Position numbers and translations under genes: made by a program | NCBI GenBank assembly: GCA_964016885.1 | Contig: OZ024754.1 | Span: 29,946,001-30,010,000 of the forward strand | Direction: 5' to 3' | DNA length: 64,000 bases | Source: Eledone cirrhosa | Lineage: Eukaryota | The notes under the pieces: model-generated | Told to the model about the DNA's origin: nothing | Databases searched by the model: none | Seen by the model: only the letters and a program-made list of their open reading frames with translations | Shown here: piece by piece, positions 41,001 through 52,412 of the stretch | Layout: each line of letters opens with the position of its first letter | How positions within the stretch are numbered: position 1 is the first letter of the stretch

Positions 41001-41185
41001 GTACAGGGATTTACTGAAAAGTTCATGGACTATCAAGGAGTAATTATAGAGCTGTGAAATCTTGCATGCATTAATTTTAACTCTTCTTATTAATAACTGC
41101 ATTGTTTCTTTCCAAGGACTATGTTGAAAAAAAACCTCATTTCATCATTCCATGAGAGTATCTTGGTCCGTCTATGAACTTTTCG
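41001..41185. mobile_element. Tc1/mariner-type MITE relic
   Basis: TA-caggg..gaaaagttcat / atgaacttttc terminal inverted match. Confidence 0.5.
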
Positions 41186-41741
41186 TGTGTGAGTGTGTTT
41201 GTGTGTGTGTTTGTATGCGTATGTGTTTGTGTGTGTGTGTATGTGTGTGTGTGTGTGTGTGTGCGCGTGTGTGTGTGGGGGGGTATGTGTTTGTGTGTGT
41301 GTGTGTGCGTATGTGTGTCTGAGTTTAGGTCACGTAAAGAAGCGGTTCGATAAATAGGAGAGGTCGATAAAGTAAGTACAAGACTTGAAAACAATGGAGT
41401 AAGGAGTCGATGTGATCGACTGATCAACGCAGTTCGTCAATGTGGGCGAATTCTTAAGATTGAAACCTGTTATAAAAACTAGAAGTGTCAAAGATTAAAA
41501 TAGTCTGCCCAGTATTGATATTTGGTGGTTCGCTGTGGAGATATGTTATCAAAATATCTAATATCCATTTATTCGTTTTGTAGATGTGACATTCGTCTTT
41601 CGTTCATTCTTAATGTTATCAATTCTATTATCAGGACAAGAACCAGAAAATGGAGATTACATATATTACATTATACATTGCGATGTTGCGAAATTGTTCA
41701 TATATCTATAATCATTTATACTTTGATCTTAATAATTGATG

Positions 41742-41809
<68 letters not shown>

Positions 41810-41826
41810 ATATGTGTGTATGTGTG

Positions 41827-41870
<44 letters not shown>

Positions 41871-41985
41871 CATGTATACATATATATGTATACACACACA
41901 CTCACACACACACATATATATATATATTTGTGTGTGTGTATGTATACATATGTGTGCATGTATACATATATATATATGTATACAT

Positions 41986-42024
<39 letters not shown>

Positions 42025-42526
42025 GGTGTGTGTGGGTGTGTGTGTTTGCATGTGTGTCTGTGTGCGTGTACGTCCATATCTGTCTGTATGTTGCTGTGTC
42101 TGTATGTGTGTTTTGATTTTCTATAAAACTTCAAAAGTCTATCATATTTTTGACAGCTTCTTTGAATGTATTTAATGCTTTCCTATAGAATTTCGTGTTT
42201 TACCAACCGAAAGAAATTGTTCTACTTTCGAAGTTGTTATTAAGAGAAGATATCACCTTAATGCCTTTATAGACTCTACGGTCGACGTCTAGCAATATAT
42301 GATGAAAAACTTTAGGTTACTAATACATGAAACTTCAATGGCATAAACGGTATTCAGACACTGCTCAGGAATCTATTGATTGATTTTTTTGTCTTTGTTC
42401 TATAAGTGTATCGTTGCTTCGTAGCCATTCTTCATTCATAGAAACGTGTATTACTTGAATAACATCGCATACGTATTACAATACATTCGCTGTATGTATA
42501 TATATATATATATATATACCTCTAAA

Positions 42527-43200
42527 AAGTAAGTTCCCACCTTGCGAACATCCTACTTACGAGCTTTCGCAGTTACGAACAGTCTTACGAAGAAGAAAAA
42601 AAATGTTGTCTGAGTTTGAAATTCACTTTTGTTGGCTCTTTCCAGCCCTGGGTTCCTTTTTTTTTTCACCATACAATCAAACCGAAATTCGTACCTATGG
42701 TATGGGATACCATTCTGCTTTGGCAGAATTGAAAAAATACTTTTTTTCTTTAACAAATTATTGTCATTAGCTTTACAGTATCTCAATTCATTATTACAAG
42801 TTATATAGAAACAATTATTACATGTTATATATACCTCTAGGGCGGTGAATTGGCAGTATCGGTAGAAGGTTGGACGCCATGCTTTGAGGCATAGAGTTAC
42901 GTCCCTTTACGATCTGAGTTCAAATCCCGCCTAGGTTAACTTTGCCTTTCATCCTTACGGTGTCGATAAAATAAAGTACCAGTAATGCACTGGGATAATT
43001 GCTGGCCTTGTGCCAAAAGTAGAAACAGTTATATATACCTCTATATACTGTATGTGTATATCACTCATGTGGAAATCTGCTGTATCAATGAAACATACGG
43101 ACTCACTGGTACGTACTGTGTTAAACGATCAACTTACGAACAAATCAACTAACGAACGGCCTCTTGGAACGTAACTCGTTCGTAAGTTGGGGACTTACTA
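42527..43200. mobile_element. Tigger/pogo-like MITE
   Basis: TIRs agtaagttcccaccttgcgaac / gttcgtaagttggggacttact; subterminal acttacgaac repeats; TA flanks. Confidence 0.65.
42840..43027 (+). mobile_element. SINE family A, full length with 16-bp TSD, nested in the MITE
   Basis: TSD gttatatatacctcta at 42824-42839 and 43028-43043. Confidence 0.92.
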
Positions 43201-43226
43201 TATATATATATATAGAGAGAGAGAGA

Positions 43227-43430
43227 AGTAGTAACACAACAGTTAGTTCACCATACCGCGAACAATTGTTTCACCTTATGCGGATCTTCAGCTCGGACTG
43301 GTAAGATCCGGATAAGGTGAAACAATTGTTCTCGGTATGGTGAACTAACTGTTGTGTTACTATTTCTACCTAACTCGTCCCATGGACTGAGTGCTCTACC
43401 ACTGCGGATATTACCTTCCAGTGTTCTACA
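43227..43430. mobile_element. pLTR fold-back hairpin with HHR on the minus strand (43256-43296)
   Basis: ccgag-CTGAAGA-tcc gcataa ggt-GAAAC-aatt-GTT-cgcgg; the + arm restarts inside the core. Confidence 0.8.
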
Positions 43431-43489
<59 letters not shown>

Positions 43490-43495
<6 letters not shown>

Positions 43496-44109
43496 GACGT
43501 AAAATAAGAAAATTTTAAAAATTAAAAATTAACTTACTTACTAAAATTTTCACTCCAACTAATTGGTTTCTGTAATGGGATATTTATCTCCAAATTATTT
43601 ATTTGTTGAGCAAACCTGCCAAATCCACTACTAACTTATTGTAGTGGTAGTAGGCTTTTGTCATTTTACCACCCCACTCCTTCCGACTAGCCTCAGTGTC
43701 ACGTGATTGATTCTTTAGAATCTGCCATTTGACCAGAGACAGTGAACTTTTTCAGTGCTTTGGAATTCAGTCCCCGCTAGCTGTTCCATCCACCGAATTA
43801 TTATTATTTTTATATGAGTCCCTAGTGTCCGCGCATTGCCTGGAGACTTAGCTGAGAATAGACTCCCTGATGACGTAATGAATTCTCGATAGTTACATTG
43901 CGTAACTATCTTTATCCCATTACAGAAACTAATTAGTTGGAGTGAAAATTTTAGTAAGTTAATTTTTAATTTTTAAAATTTTCTTATTTTACGTCTTTCA
44001 TATAATTGTTCTGCATCCTCCTGCATTGAACCACCTAGGTACTATAACATAACTTATGTATTTGCTAGAATTAGTGTACATCTGTACGCATATGTTGGTA
44101 AATATACTA

Positions 44110-44112
<3 letters not shown>
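43490..44112 (+). mobile_element. pLTR with inverted 5' copy (43490-43582 vs 43913-44003)
   Basis: Inverted repeat plus HHR; (TA)n flanks. Confidence 0.8.
43862..43943 (+). ncRNA. Type I HHR with extended stem II
   Basis: actcc-CTGATGA-cgtaatg..(gatagttac attgc gtaactatc)..cattaca-GAAAC-taatta-GTT-ggagt. Confidence 0.88.
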
Positions 44113-44174
<62 letters not shown>

Positions 44175-44231
44175 ATTATAATGAAATGACAGGAGGCTGG
44201 ATTTGTGTAAATCCTTGAAAGGTTTATTATA

Positions 44232-44287
44232 CTATGATCATTTCAATAACCGGGTTCCGTATGAATCCGGTGATATCATCAGGTATT
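44232..44287 (-). ncRNA. HHR-like motif, helix I decayed
   Basis: CTGATGA-tatcaccgg..ccggttatt-GAAAT-g-ATC. Confidence 0.5.
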
Positions 44288-44430
44288 CGAAATATAATAC
44301 GTGAATGTAATAGATAAAAGCCATGGGGCTGAAAATCAGGGACCCGATACGGAATTGACCAGCTCTATCCAGTGGTGAACCTCAAACCTGAATAAATATA
44401 TATATATACACACACAAACATACAAATACA

Positions 44431-44461
<31 letters not shown>

Positions 44462-44787
44462 TCATGTATATTTTTCAATCATTTTTCAATCATGTATATT
44501 TTTATTTGTTTGACCCGAATTACTTGATCGTATTTTTTGGCTGTGCGAATGATTGTTTAAGCATCGTCTCAGTGTGTTTGGTATTAAACGTTAGTTATAG
44601 CTCTGGTTCATCCGAACCATTGAGCACTTTGCCGCACATTTCGAAGATTGTTTTTCGTTATTTCGTGGGCCGGAGTTTCGATTCTCGATAATTTGATTTT
44701 TATTTGTATATATATATATACAAACATACATATACATCTATATATATGTATGAATATGTGTATGTATGTATGTGTGTATATGTATAT

Positions 44788-45340
44788 GTCGGGTCACTCT
44801 TGAGTGCTACTGGTAACATGTAACCCAGTACAACCTGTCGCATGGTCGGGTCGTCGGCGACTAAATCGGCAACCCCACCAAGTTTACTTGGTGAAGAGGG
44901 TGATTTGGGACACCCTGCAGGACAAAAAACAAAACCTGACAAAGGGCGGAAGAACTCATAAGGGTCAACGGCCATCCAAAAGTGTGTAAATATGTATATA
45001 CACATGTACATGTGTGTGTATATGTGTATATGCATGGGTGCATGTGTATGTATATGCGCGGGGACAGAAATAGTCCGGCTGGACACCCGATCGCGTGGTT
45101 AAACCACTGGGAGTGAAGGACCCCTAGCCTTTGTCAGAGCATTCTTCTAGGAGAAGGCAACTCAGGAAACTGGGATAGCTCCAACATAAAACCTGCGGCT
45201 CAGTAGTTACCGATGATGTTGATCTTTTCTTCTTTTCGGGTTATAGCTACTGTCGCTCTGAGAGTGGGATTGGCTCAGTGCACAGTCTTTCGTCACTTTA
45301 AAAAATATCTTCACGCACAGGCATTGCACGATAGAATTAA
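44788..45340 (+). mobile_element. Second copy of the 26098-26662 element, with an internal TA/TG-rich insert
   Basis: gtgctactggtaacatgta..ggtcgggtcg..cgactaaa..cctgcaggac..ctaggagaagg. Confidence 0.65.
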
Positions 45341-46114
45341 TTAATTATTATTAATAATGGTATATCGTGCAATGGCCATACTCGATAACGAGGGGGCAGC
45401 CATCATGTGTGTATGTATACATATGTGTATATGTATGTATATGGGTTGTATGTTTGTGTGTATTTGGTCAGAATATTCCAGAAAACATTCTGATTTGACC
45501 AGTATTTTTTTTTTTTTTTTTATAGTCTCCACCACATAATATACTAAGCAATAACTGTAACAGCTAAACTGTAACAAAGCTACAATAGTTTGATCAGAAG
45601 AAACATTTTCAGATATTTTTTCCGAACATTTTGATCACATTTTGAGCAATAAAAATTAATAAATAAATAACTACATGAAATATAAATACGGTATAAACAT
45701 TTTAAAATTATTCCAATCAATTATTTATTTACTTAAGTTGAATTTATTGTAGGGATTCTTCCAGACACAATAGAATTTTTTTTTTTTTGCAATGGGAATA
45801 TATTAAGGATACTTCAGATATGGTATTGTTTAAAATATAAAAATGTTATTTCTCTTTAAAATCTACTACTTGGAAATTCCACCTTGTTTATTTTTATTTG
45901 AGCTCAATAAATAATTCTGTTTTCTAAGATAATGAAAAATGAAAAAAATATATAATAGAATAAGGCGAAATAAATTTAATTAGTTTTTGGAAAAAAATGT
46001 AATTTAAATAAATAAGCTGTTGAGTCGAAATATAATTTGAGGCGCTATATCAAATTATTTAATAAAGTGCACGGCTGCCGGCGAAAGAGTTTATAGTTCG
46101 TACCCCATTAATAA

Positions 46115-46270
46115 AGACGGCGAATTGGCAGAGTCGTTAGAACGTCGGATAGAATCCTTTGTGGTATTCGTTCCGTCTCTCTGCTCTCTGAGTTCAAATC
46201 CCAGCAAGGTCAATTTCGCATTTCATCCTTTCGTGGTCGATAAAAAAGGCACCAGTCCAATACTCGGGTA
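46115..46270 (+). mobile_element. Diverged tRNA-SINE related to family A (another at ~58452-58600)
   Basis: ggcgaattggcagagtcgttag..gagttcaaatccc..tttcatcctttcgtggtcgataaa. Confidence 0.75.
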
Positions 46271-47034
46271 GATTCTTCCTCTATATCTCTTCTCACTTCC
46301 TCTCTTTCACTCTCTATATCATTCTCTGGAAGAAATCTGCTGTACACCTACCAAGAGAGGCAAGGGTTCGGTAAGGTTTTTAAAATGCCCTAGAGATACC
46401 GTCAAATAAAGCACCACTACAACTCCCTCAGGAGTTACAAGATAGAGCAATAAATCCTTTTAACGATATTTGCACATACATAGATAACACAACTATTTCC
46501 AACTAGACAAGTCTATCTTGATATGAATAGGTACATTGGGCTAATATATGTTGTTGGTATATGTTGGTTGATTCTATTACTTTTGACAATGAACATTTAG
46601 TTTTTCCATCATCGGAGCATGAGACCTGTTAAATGAGCGTGCACGTGGCTGAGTATTCCTCTCCAACTCTGGAAAAGGCGTCCTGTGAGAGGTCTCTTGC
46701 TATGCTTCGGACGGCGCGATGCAGTCTATTCGAATGTGAGGCGAAAGAGCGTTGACAATAAGCAAATAAACAATGATCCGGTTGTTAAACCATTACTACC
46801 ACAGAGGTCCGACAAGCTTTTGTTTCCAGAGTCGAGCTAGATCGATATAGATCGAAACTTGAGCTGATCAATAGCCAAAGGCGCATCACCAACCAAAAAA
46901 CTTAATGAAGGAGTAACCATTCGTCCTTGTATTATTATATTACACTCTGTCTAGCTCAACACCTCGATACTAGCGTGAACTTAAACATCGAGTGCTCACC
47001 CGGGTGAACCTACAGTAACTCCACGCGTAACTCC

Positions 47035-47458
47035 CTGGAGTCTAATGCACTTTTCCATCCTTTTCTGCCACGCTTGCATGCACTCCTGGAAAGATTCTTC
47101 CGGGATCCTCCGCAGTTCCGTCGTGACGGCCTTTTTGATGTCGTCCACGTCGTCAAAATGGGTCCCCTCCGGGTCGTACTCGAAGATCCATGACTCATCA
47201 CCGGTGATGACTGTCCCTAGCAAGTCTGGTTCGGTTTCAAGACGCTCGAGGATGTCCTGGCACACTTGCATGCGTCGACCGTTCAGCAGTGTTGGCACCA
47301 TTTTCGCGCAGACTTTCCACATGTCCAAATCTTCAGTGAGAATCTTCCAGACACTGTCCCGATTCATGGCCAGCTCATTTGCCATCAGTCGAAGAGTCAG
47401 CCGACGATCGCTACGCAGCATCTGGCTGACGCGCTCAACGTTGACCTCAGTCCTGTGA
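47035..47458 (-). pseudogene. mariner transposase fragment, internally deleted
   Basis: SDRRLTLR HTH, KVCAKMVP, VITGDESWIFEYDPE fused directly to C-terminal HFDDVDDIK..WQKRMEKCI. Confidence 0.9.
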
Positions 47459-47466
47459 AAATTAGT

Positions 47467-47587
47467 GAAGGCGTGTAGCTGAGTGGTTAGAGAATTGGAT
47501 TCGCAATCGTAAGGTTGTGAGTTCGATTCCTGGACCAGGCGATGCGTTATGTCCTTGAGCAAGACACTTTATTTCACGTTGCTCCTT
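47467..47587 (+). mobile_element. tRNA head + CORE-like SINE 5' part
   Basis: tagctgagtggttag..gttcgattcc..tgtccttgagcaagacacttt. Confidence 0.75.
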
Positions 47588-47737
47588 CTACTTGGAGTTG
47601 CGACCGATAGATAGTATTAGCAATTGGAAAGACCAACGGAAACATTGTTTCCTCGGTCCGATTTGACGAAAGTCGATCGTTCCAAAAATATATATATTTA
47701 TATATATATATATATAATATATATATATATATAATAT

Positions 47738-48695
47738 CTAAGGCGGGTAAAATTCCCGAGATCCATGGACGAATTCTCTCCAGCGGTTTCTGTCCCTCAT
47801 TATCGCTGCCATGTCCTGCGTCTCCAACAGACCAGTGTCTGTCCTTAGGGCATCAACATACGTTAACCTTGGTCCTCCTCTTCTAGTGTGTCCATGTAGG
47901 GGCTCCCAAAGGAGCACTGAGTGCAATGTCAACTCTGGATGTCGGTGAGCATGTCCAGCTAACCTCAGTCTCCTCTGTGTCACTTTTGAGCTGACTTTTG
48001 GGATGCTCCCATACAGCTCTGAGTTTTTCATCCTCAGTGTATACTGATTAATGTTCAGAGCCATCCTCAACATTCTTGTGTAGCACCCATCCACCATCTG
48101 AGTGAGTTTCTTGGTCAGTGTCCAAGTCTCAGACCCATACAGCAGCACAGACTCCACTACAGCAATGAAGAGGCGAACTTTCAGGTCTCTACGAAGGTCC
48201 GACTTCCACACCGATCTCAAGCTGTGGCACGCCGCCCAGGCCTTGCTCTTCCTCTCAACCACATCATCTTCCGTATTCCCAATCTTTGCTCCCAAATACA
48301 GGAAGCCCTCAACCAATTCTAGCGGCTTCCCGCCTACATTAGTGATCCCCTCTGGCTTCTCAACATTCTCTACCAGATATTTTGTTTTAGTCTCATTCAT
48401 TCTCAGCCCCACACTCATCGACACAGTCTCAACCTCCCGCATCAAATCCTCTGCTTCCTTCACTGTATTTGTCACCAAAACTATGTCGTCGGCAAATTCA
48501 GCATCCGATACCTTTTTCGCCTTAACTCTTCTGCTCTGAGCCGGTGCTACAGTAAAGCCAGAGTCCTGGTGTTTCTCCAGTGCAAGGTGCATACATTAGT
48601 CCACTACGATGATAAAAAGGTAGGGAGCCAATGTATCTCCCTGGAGCACTCCAGCCAGTATCTCAAAGAACTCTGTCATCCCATCAGGTGTAATG
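47738..48695 (-). pseudogene. RTE-clade LINE 3' fragment (RT C-terminal half); stop codon abuts (TA)n
   Basis: GVLQGDTLAP upstream; FADDI; FLYLG; VESVLLYGSETW; RRLRLAGH. Confidence 0.9.
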
Positions 48696-48817
48696 ACTTA
48701 TATATATATATATATAATATATATATAATGGAAAAATTTGAACAGGGACAAAACAGAGAGGCAGTACAACGAATGTTTATTAATTTCACGCTCTGGAGAG
48801 TGGGGTGTTGGTGGGGG

Positions 48818-48850
48818 ACGACGTTTCGGGCATAAGCCCTTCCTCAGGTG
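48818..48850 (-). ncRNA. Minimal type I HHR in a PLE-like tail (~48730-49460)
   Basis: ac-CTGAGGA-a gggc ttat gccc-GAAAC-GTC-gt. Confidence 0.7.
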
Positions 48851-49698
48851 AGAAGTGTGTGGGAACAGAGTTCAAAGGGTGTGTAGGGGAGTGGTGGAGA
48901 GACATATAGCGAAAGGAAACGGTGCGAATGAAAAAAATAAAAATAAAAATAAAAATAAAGCATGATCAAAATACAAGGAATGAAATAAATTTAAATATAA
49001 AAGCATGATCAAAATAAACTGAAATTAAAATGGGGGGTAAAACAGGTGGTGGAAGGGTGTGGGGTGTGTAGGGGTGGTGGCGGTTGGAGTGGGGAGAGGG
49101 AAACGGGGTGTCCGAGCGGGGAGGGCTGAAGGTGGTGTGTGTGTGTAGGTGTACGTGTGTGTGTGTGTGTATGTGAAAGTAAGGGTTGGGGGAAGAACGG
49201 GGTTGCATGTTCAGGAAGAGGTGTGTGTGGGGGGGAGGTTTGTGGGTCGGAGTGTCTGTGCGTGTGTGGATAGAGGGGTGGGGGGAGAGGAATCAGGAGG
49301 CTGAGGGTGTAAATATGTGCTGGAAAGCACGTGTGTGTGGGGTTTAAGCGTGTTGTGGGTGTAGGTGGCTTGTGGAGAAAAAAGATTTTGGGGGGTGTGT
49401 GTGTGGGTGAGTTATATAGGTGATTACGTAAGAGGATGGTTGAAAAGTTGGTATATATATATATTTAATAAATATATATTCGTGTGTGCGTTTTTTTATA
49501 TAAACATATATATATATATACAGTATATTGCCAAATATACTATACATTCATTCATGTATTCATCGCTATTTCAGAGCACCAATCCTAATTTTCAATTTTT
49601 GCTGGACCGGCAACCGCTCTGTATAATCAGTTCCTGATTATTACTGGAATTCTATAAGAATCCAGCCTCTATAATTTTCGGCAAAGGTCGGCGTGTCC

Positions 49699-49744
49699 TA
49701 GGCTCTGATGAACACCAACTGTGTGAAACAGATCTGTCAGCTTA
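49699..49744 (+). ncRNA. Canonical type I HHR in a ~320-bp partial-tandem repeat (49520-49870)
   Basis: taggct-CTGATGA-acac caact gtgt-GAAAC-agatct-GTC-agctta. Confidence 0.9.
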
Positions 49745-49887
49745 TCTCCCTTCCTTTGCTGAAAAAAGAAGTAAGTGACATAGTCACTACTTTAAAATAA
49801 TAGCGCAAGGTCTTCAAAATGTTTTTAATTAAACATACAGTATATTGCCAAATATACTATACATACATTCATATATATATATATATA

Positions 49888-50031
49888 TAACGAAGGAAGT
49901 GTGGTAACGAACCAGGTGGACCATAACGCACCAGAGTACTCAATACTTAGGGTAGTAGAGTGGGTAATAAGAAAATGTTCAAGACCCCGACGGCAGAGTT
50001 CAGCTCTGCCGCCAGGATCTTGAACATTTTC

Positions 50032-50032
<1 letters not shown>
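49888..50032 (-). mobile_element. pLTR tail fragment ending in a fold-back hairpin
   Basis: gaaaatgttcaagac..cggcagag ttcag ctctgccg..tcttgaacattttc; homolog of 6055-6195. Confidence 0.65.
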
Positions 50033-50087
<55 letters not shown>

Positions 50088-50143
50088 TTATATATATATA
50101 CAATGATATTAGATAAATGGAAACTATTTATAAAACCATATTT

Positions 50144-50202
50144 ATTGTATTATATATATTTCAAGGGTACCAACATTTTTTTACGCTTTCATCAGATAAA
50201 AT
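50144..50202 (-). ncRNA. AT-rich type I HHR candidate at the end of a ~1.3 kb PLE-like tail
   Basis: attttat-CTGATGA-aag..ctt-GAAA-tatat-ATA-atacaat. Confidence 0.5.
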
Positions 50203-51402
50203 ACAAAGTTTGTTTTATAAATTTTGACATAACCAAGAAAAATACCTTAATGGTTCAAGTTTTCCTTGGATAGTGAAGGGATAAGAGAAGAAAAGTCAGA
50301 TATTTTAAATTATTAGGGTGAGTATGCAAATGTGGTAGAGGTATAGGGCTGAAAAAAAAAACGTTATTTTAGACGCTATGCAGAATTTAAATGTATGCGT
50401 AGGAAGAAGAAAAAGGAATTAACAATTTGGGGAAATGGTAGAATATGATTCCAGAATTTAAAATTATTTAGCTATATTATGAGTTATAATATTGTATATA
50501 TAATCAATTAGATTATATGAAGAATTATGGTTTAAGTAGATTTTATCTTATTACATTACAATAGGTTATCAGTATATAAATATCTATATAGATTAATAAT
50601 TGTGCATGTATAAGTATTATATAAATAGAAATAATTTACAATTATTAGTTGTTTACATTTTTAATATGAGTTACAAAGGGTGTTGATTTTGCATTTTACA
50701 TAAAAAAACAGGTAGTTCAAGTTGTAAGAGGAGAACAATTTGTAGATTCGAATATTGTGTTCCAACATTGAAAATGTTTTCAGAATATTGTTAATTTAGC
50801 GAAGTTATATAGTTTATCATACATATTATATTATAATATAATGTTTATGTTTGCACGATTGAAAAGGGAAAGATAACTCCAATCTTGTTTGTTAACCGTT
50901 AAATTTGATGAAGGATTTACTCAGAAAATATATAGAGAAAATTATATATTATTTTGTGTGAGATTAATTATTTTAGTCGAAAGATGTGTGAAAGTTTGAA
51001 TATCAAAAAGAGAGGAAAAACGTAATGTGCATTTCGAAGAACTATCGTAATGAGGATAAATTTTCAGAATGTCAATTAAAGATTATCAATCTACATCTAA
51101 AAAAGTATTTTTAGAGGGGTATCACTAGGAAAATAATGTCAGAAGTAAAAAATGTAAAAAAATATATATATTAAAAACATTAATGTCAAAAGGTAAAAAT
51201 AGTAGAAATATTAAAAAAATTAAGAAGGAAGGTCATTTAAAAGAATTTACATTTAACTTTAAATTTAAATTTTTAAAGAAAATAGGATCATTTTGAAGGT
51301 GTATAAGATATAGTCAAGTGTAATGAATATCATAAATTAAAAATACTTCTGAAGGTGGAATTTTAGCGATGTCTGCAAGAAGAAAATAATTCTGTTTTAA
51401 GA

Positions 51403-51727
<325 letters not shown>

Positions 51728-51730
<3 letters not shown>

Positions 51731-52105
51731 TGGCGAAGGGTAACCTGGAAAGCAGGGCATGCAGTCCAATCGCCATGGCGGAAAGTGGGGCTGTGTAGCC
51801 TTATCCCCCCCCCCCAATTCCCTCTAAATGACCCTCCCGGTCAAAGCCGCATGTAGTGTTATCTAGTATGTGTGTGTGTGTTATATTGTTATGTGTCTAC
51901 GATTTAGTAAGCAGCCAAAATTCTGCTTGCTTCAACCGACGCTGTCGTGTGTTTGTGTGTGTGTGTTATCTTTTTTATGTGTCTACGATTTAACAAGCAG
52001 CCAAAATTCTGCTTCCTTCAACCGAAGCAATTGATCAACTCAAGATTCTATAACGCATCCACTGGATGCGTTGCATGCGTTGCATGCACGCACCCTTCGC
52101 CCTTG
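51728..52105. mobile_element. hAT-like MITE with internal tandem duplication
   Basis: TIR cagtggcgaagggt / acccttcgcccttg (12 of 14 match); inside (TA)n. Confidence 0.6.
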
Positions 52106-52121
52106 ATATATATATACGCAA

Positions 52122-52181
<60 letters not shown>

Positions 52182-52412
52182 ATTTCTATTTATTTGCCAC
52201 GAGGGCACAAAAGAAGGGGACATTTACACAGTGGGGGAGTTTACATAAATCGAGTAAAGAAAAAAGGAATAACAATAATAATATAACAATAAAAAGTCCT
52301 CAAAAGGGAGGGGGCGTGTTGGGGATTGCACATACCCCCGAAAAGTGTGCAACTCTTTTCGCGGGGGAAGCCCAGAGAGGAGGCGCTCCCCCTTTCCTCT
52401 TCACTTCTTCAC

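Noticed and set aside
44805-44875. HDV-like ribozyme fold
   Set aside because: P4- and J4/2-like parts are present, but P1 and P3 could not be paired; kept only as an open candidate
47467-47540. tRNA gene
   Set aside because: A and B boxes are present, but the acceptor stem is poor and the sequence continues into a CORE-like SINE body
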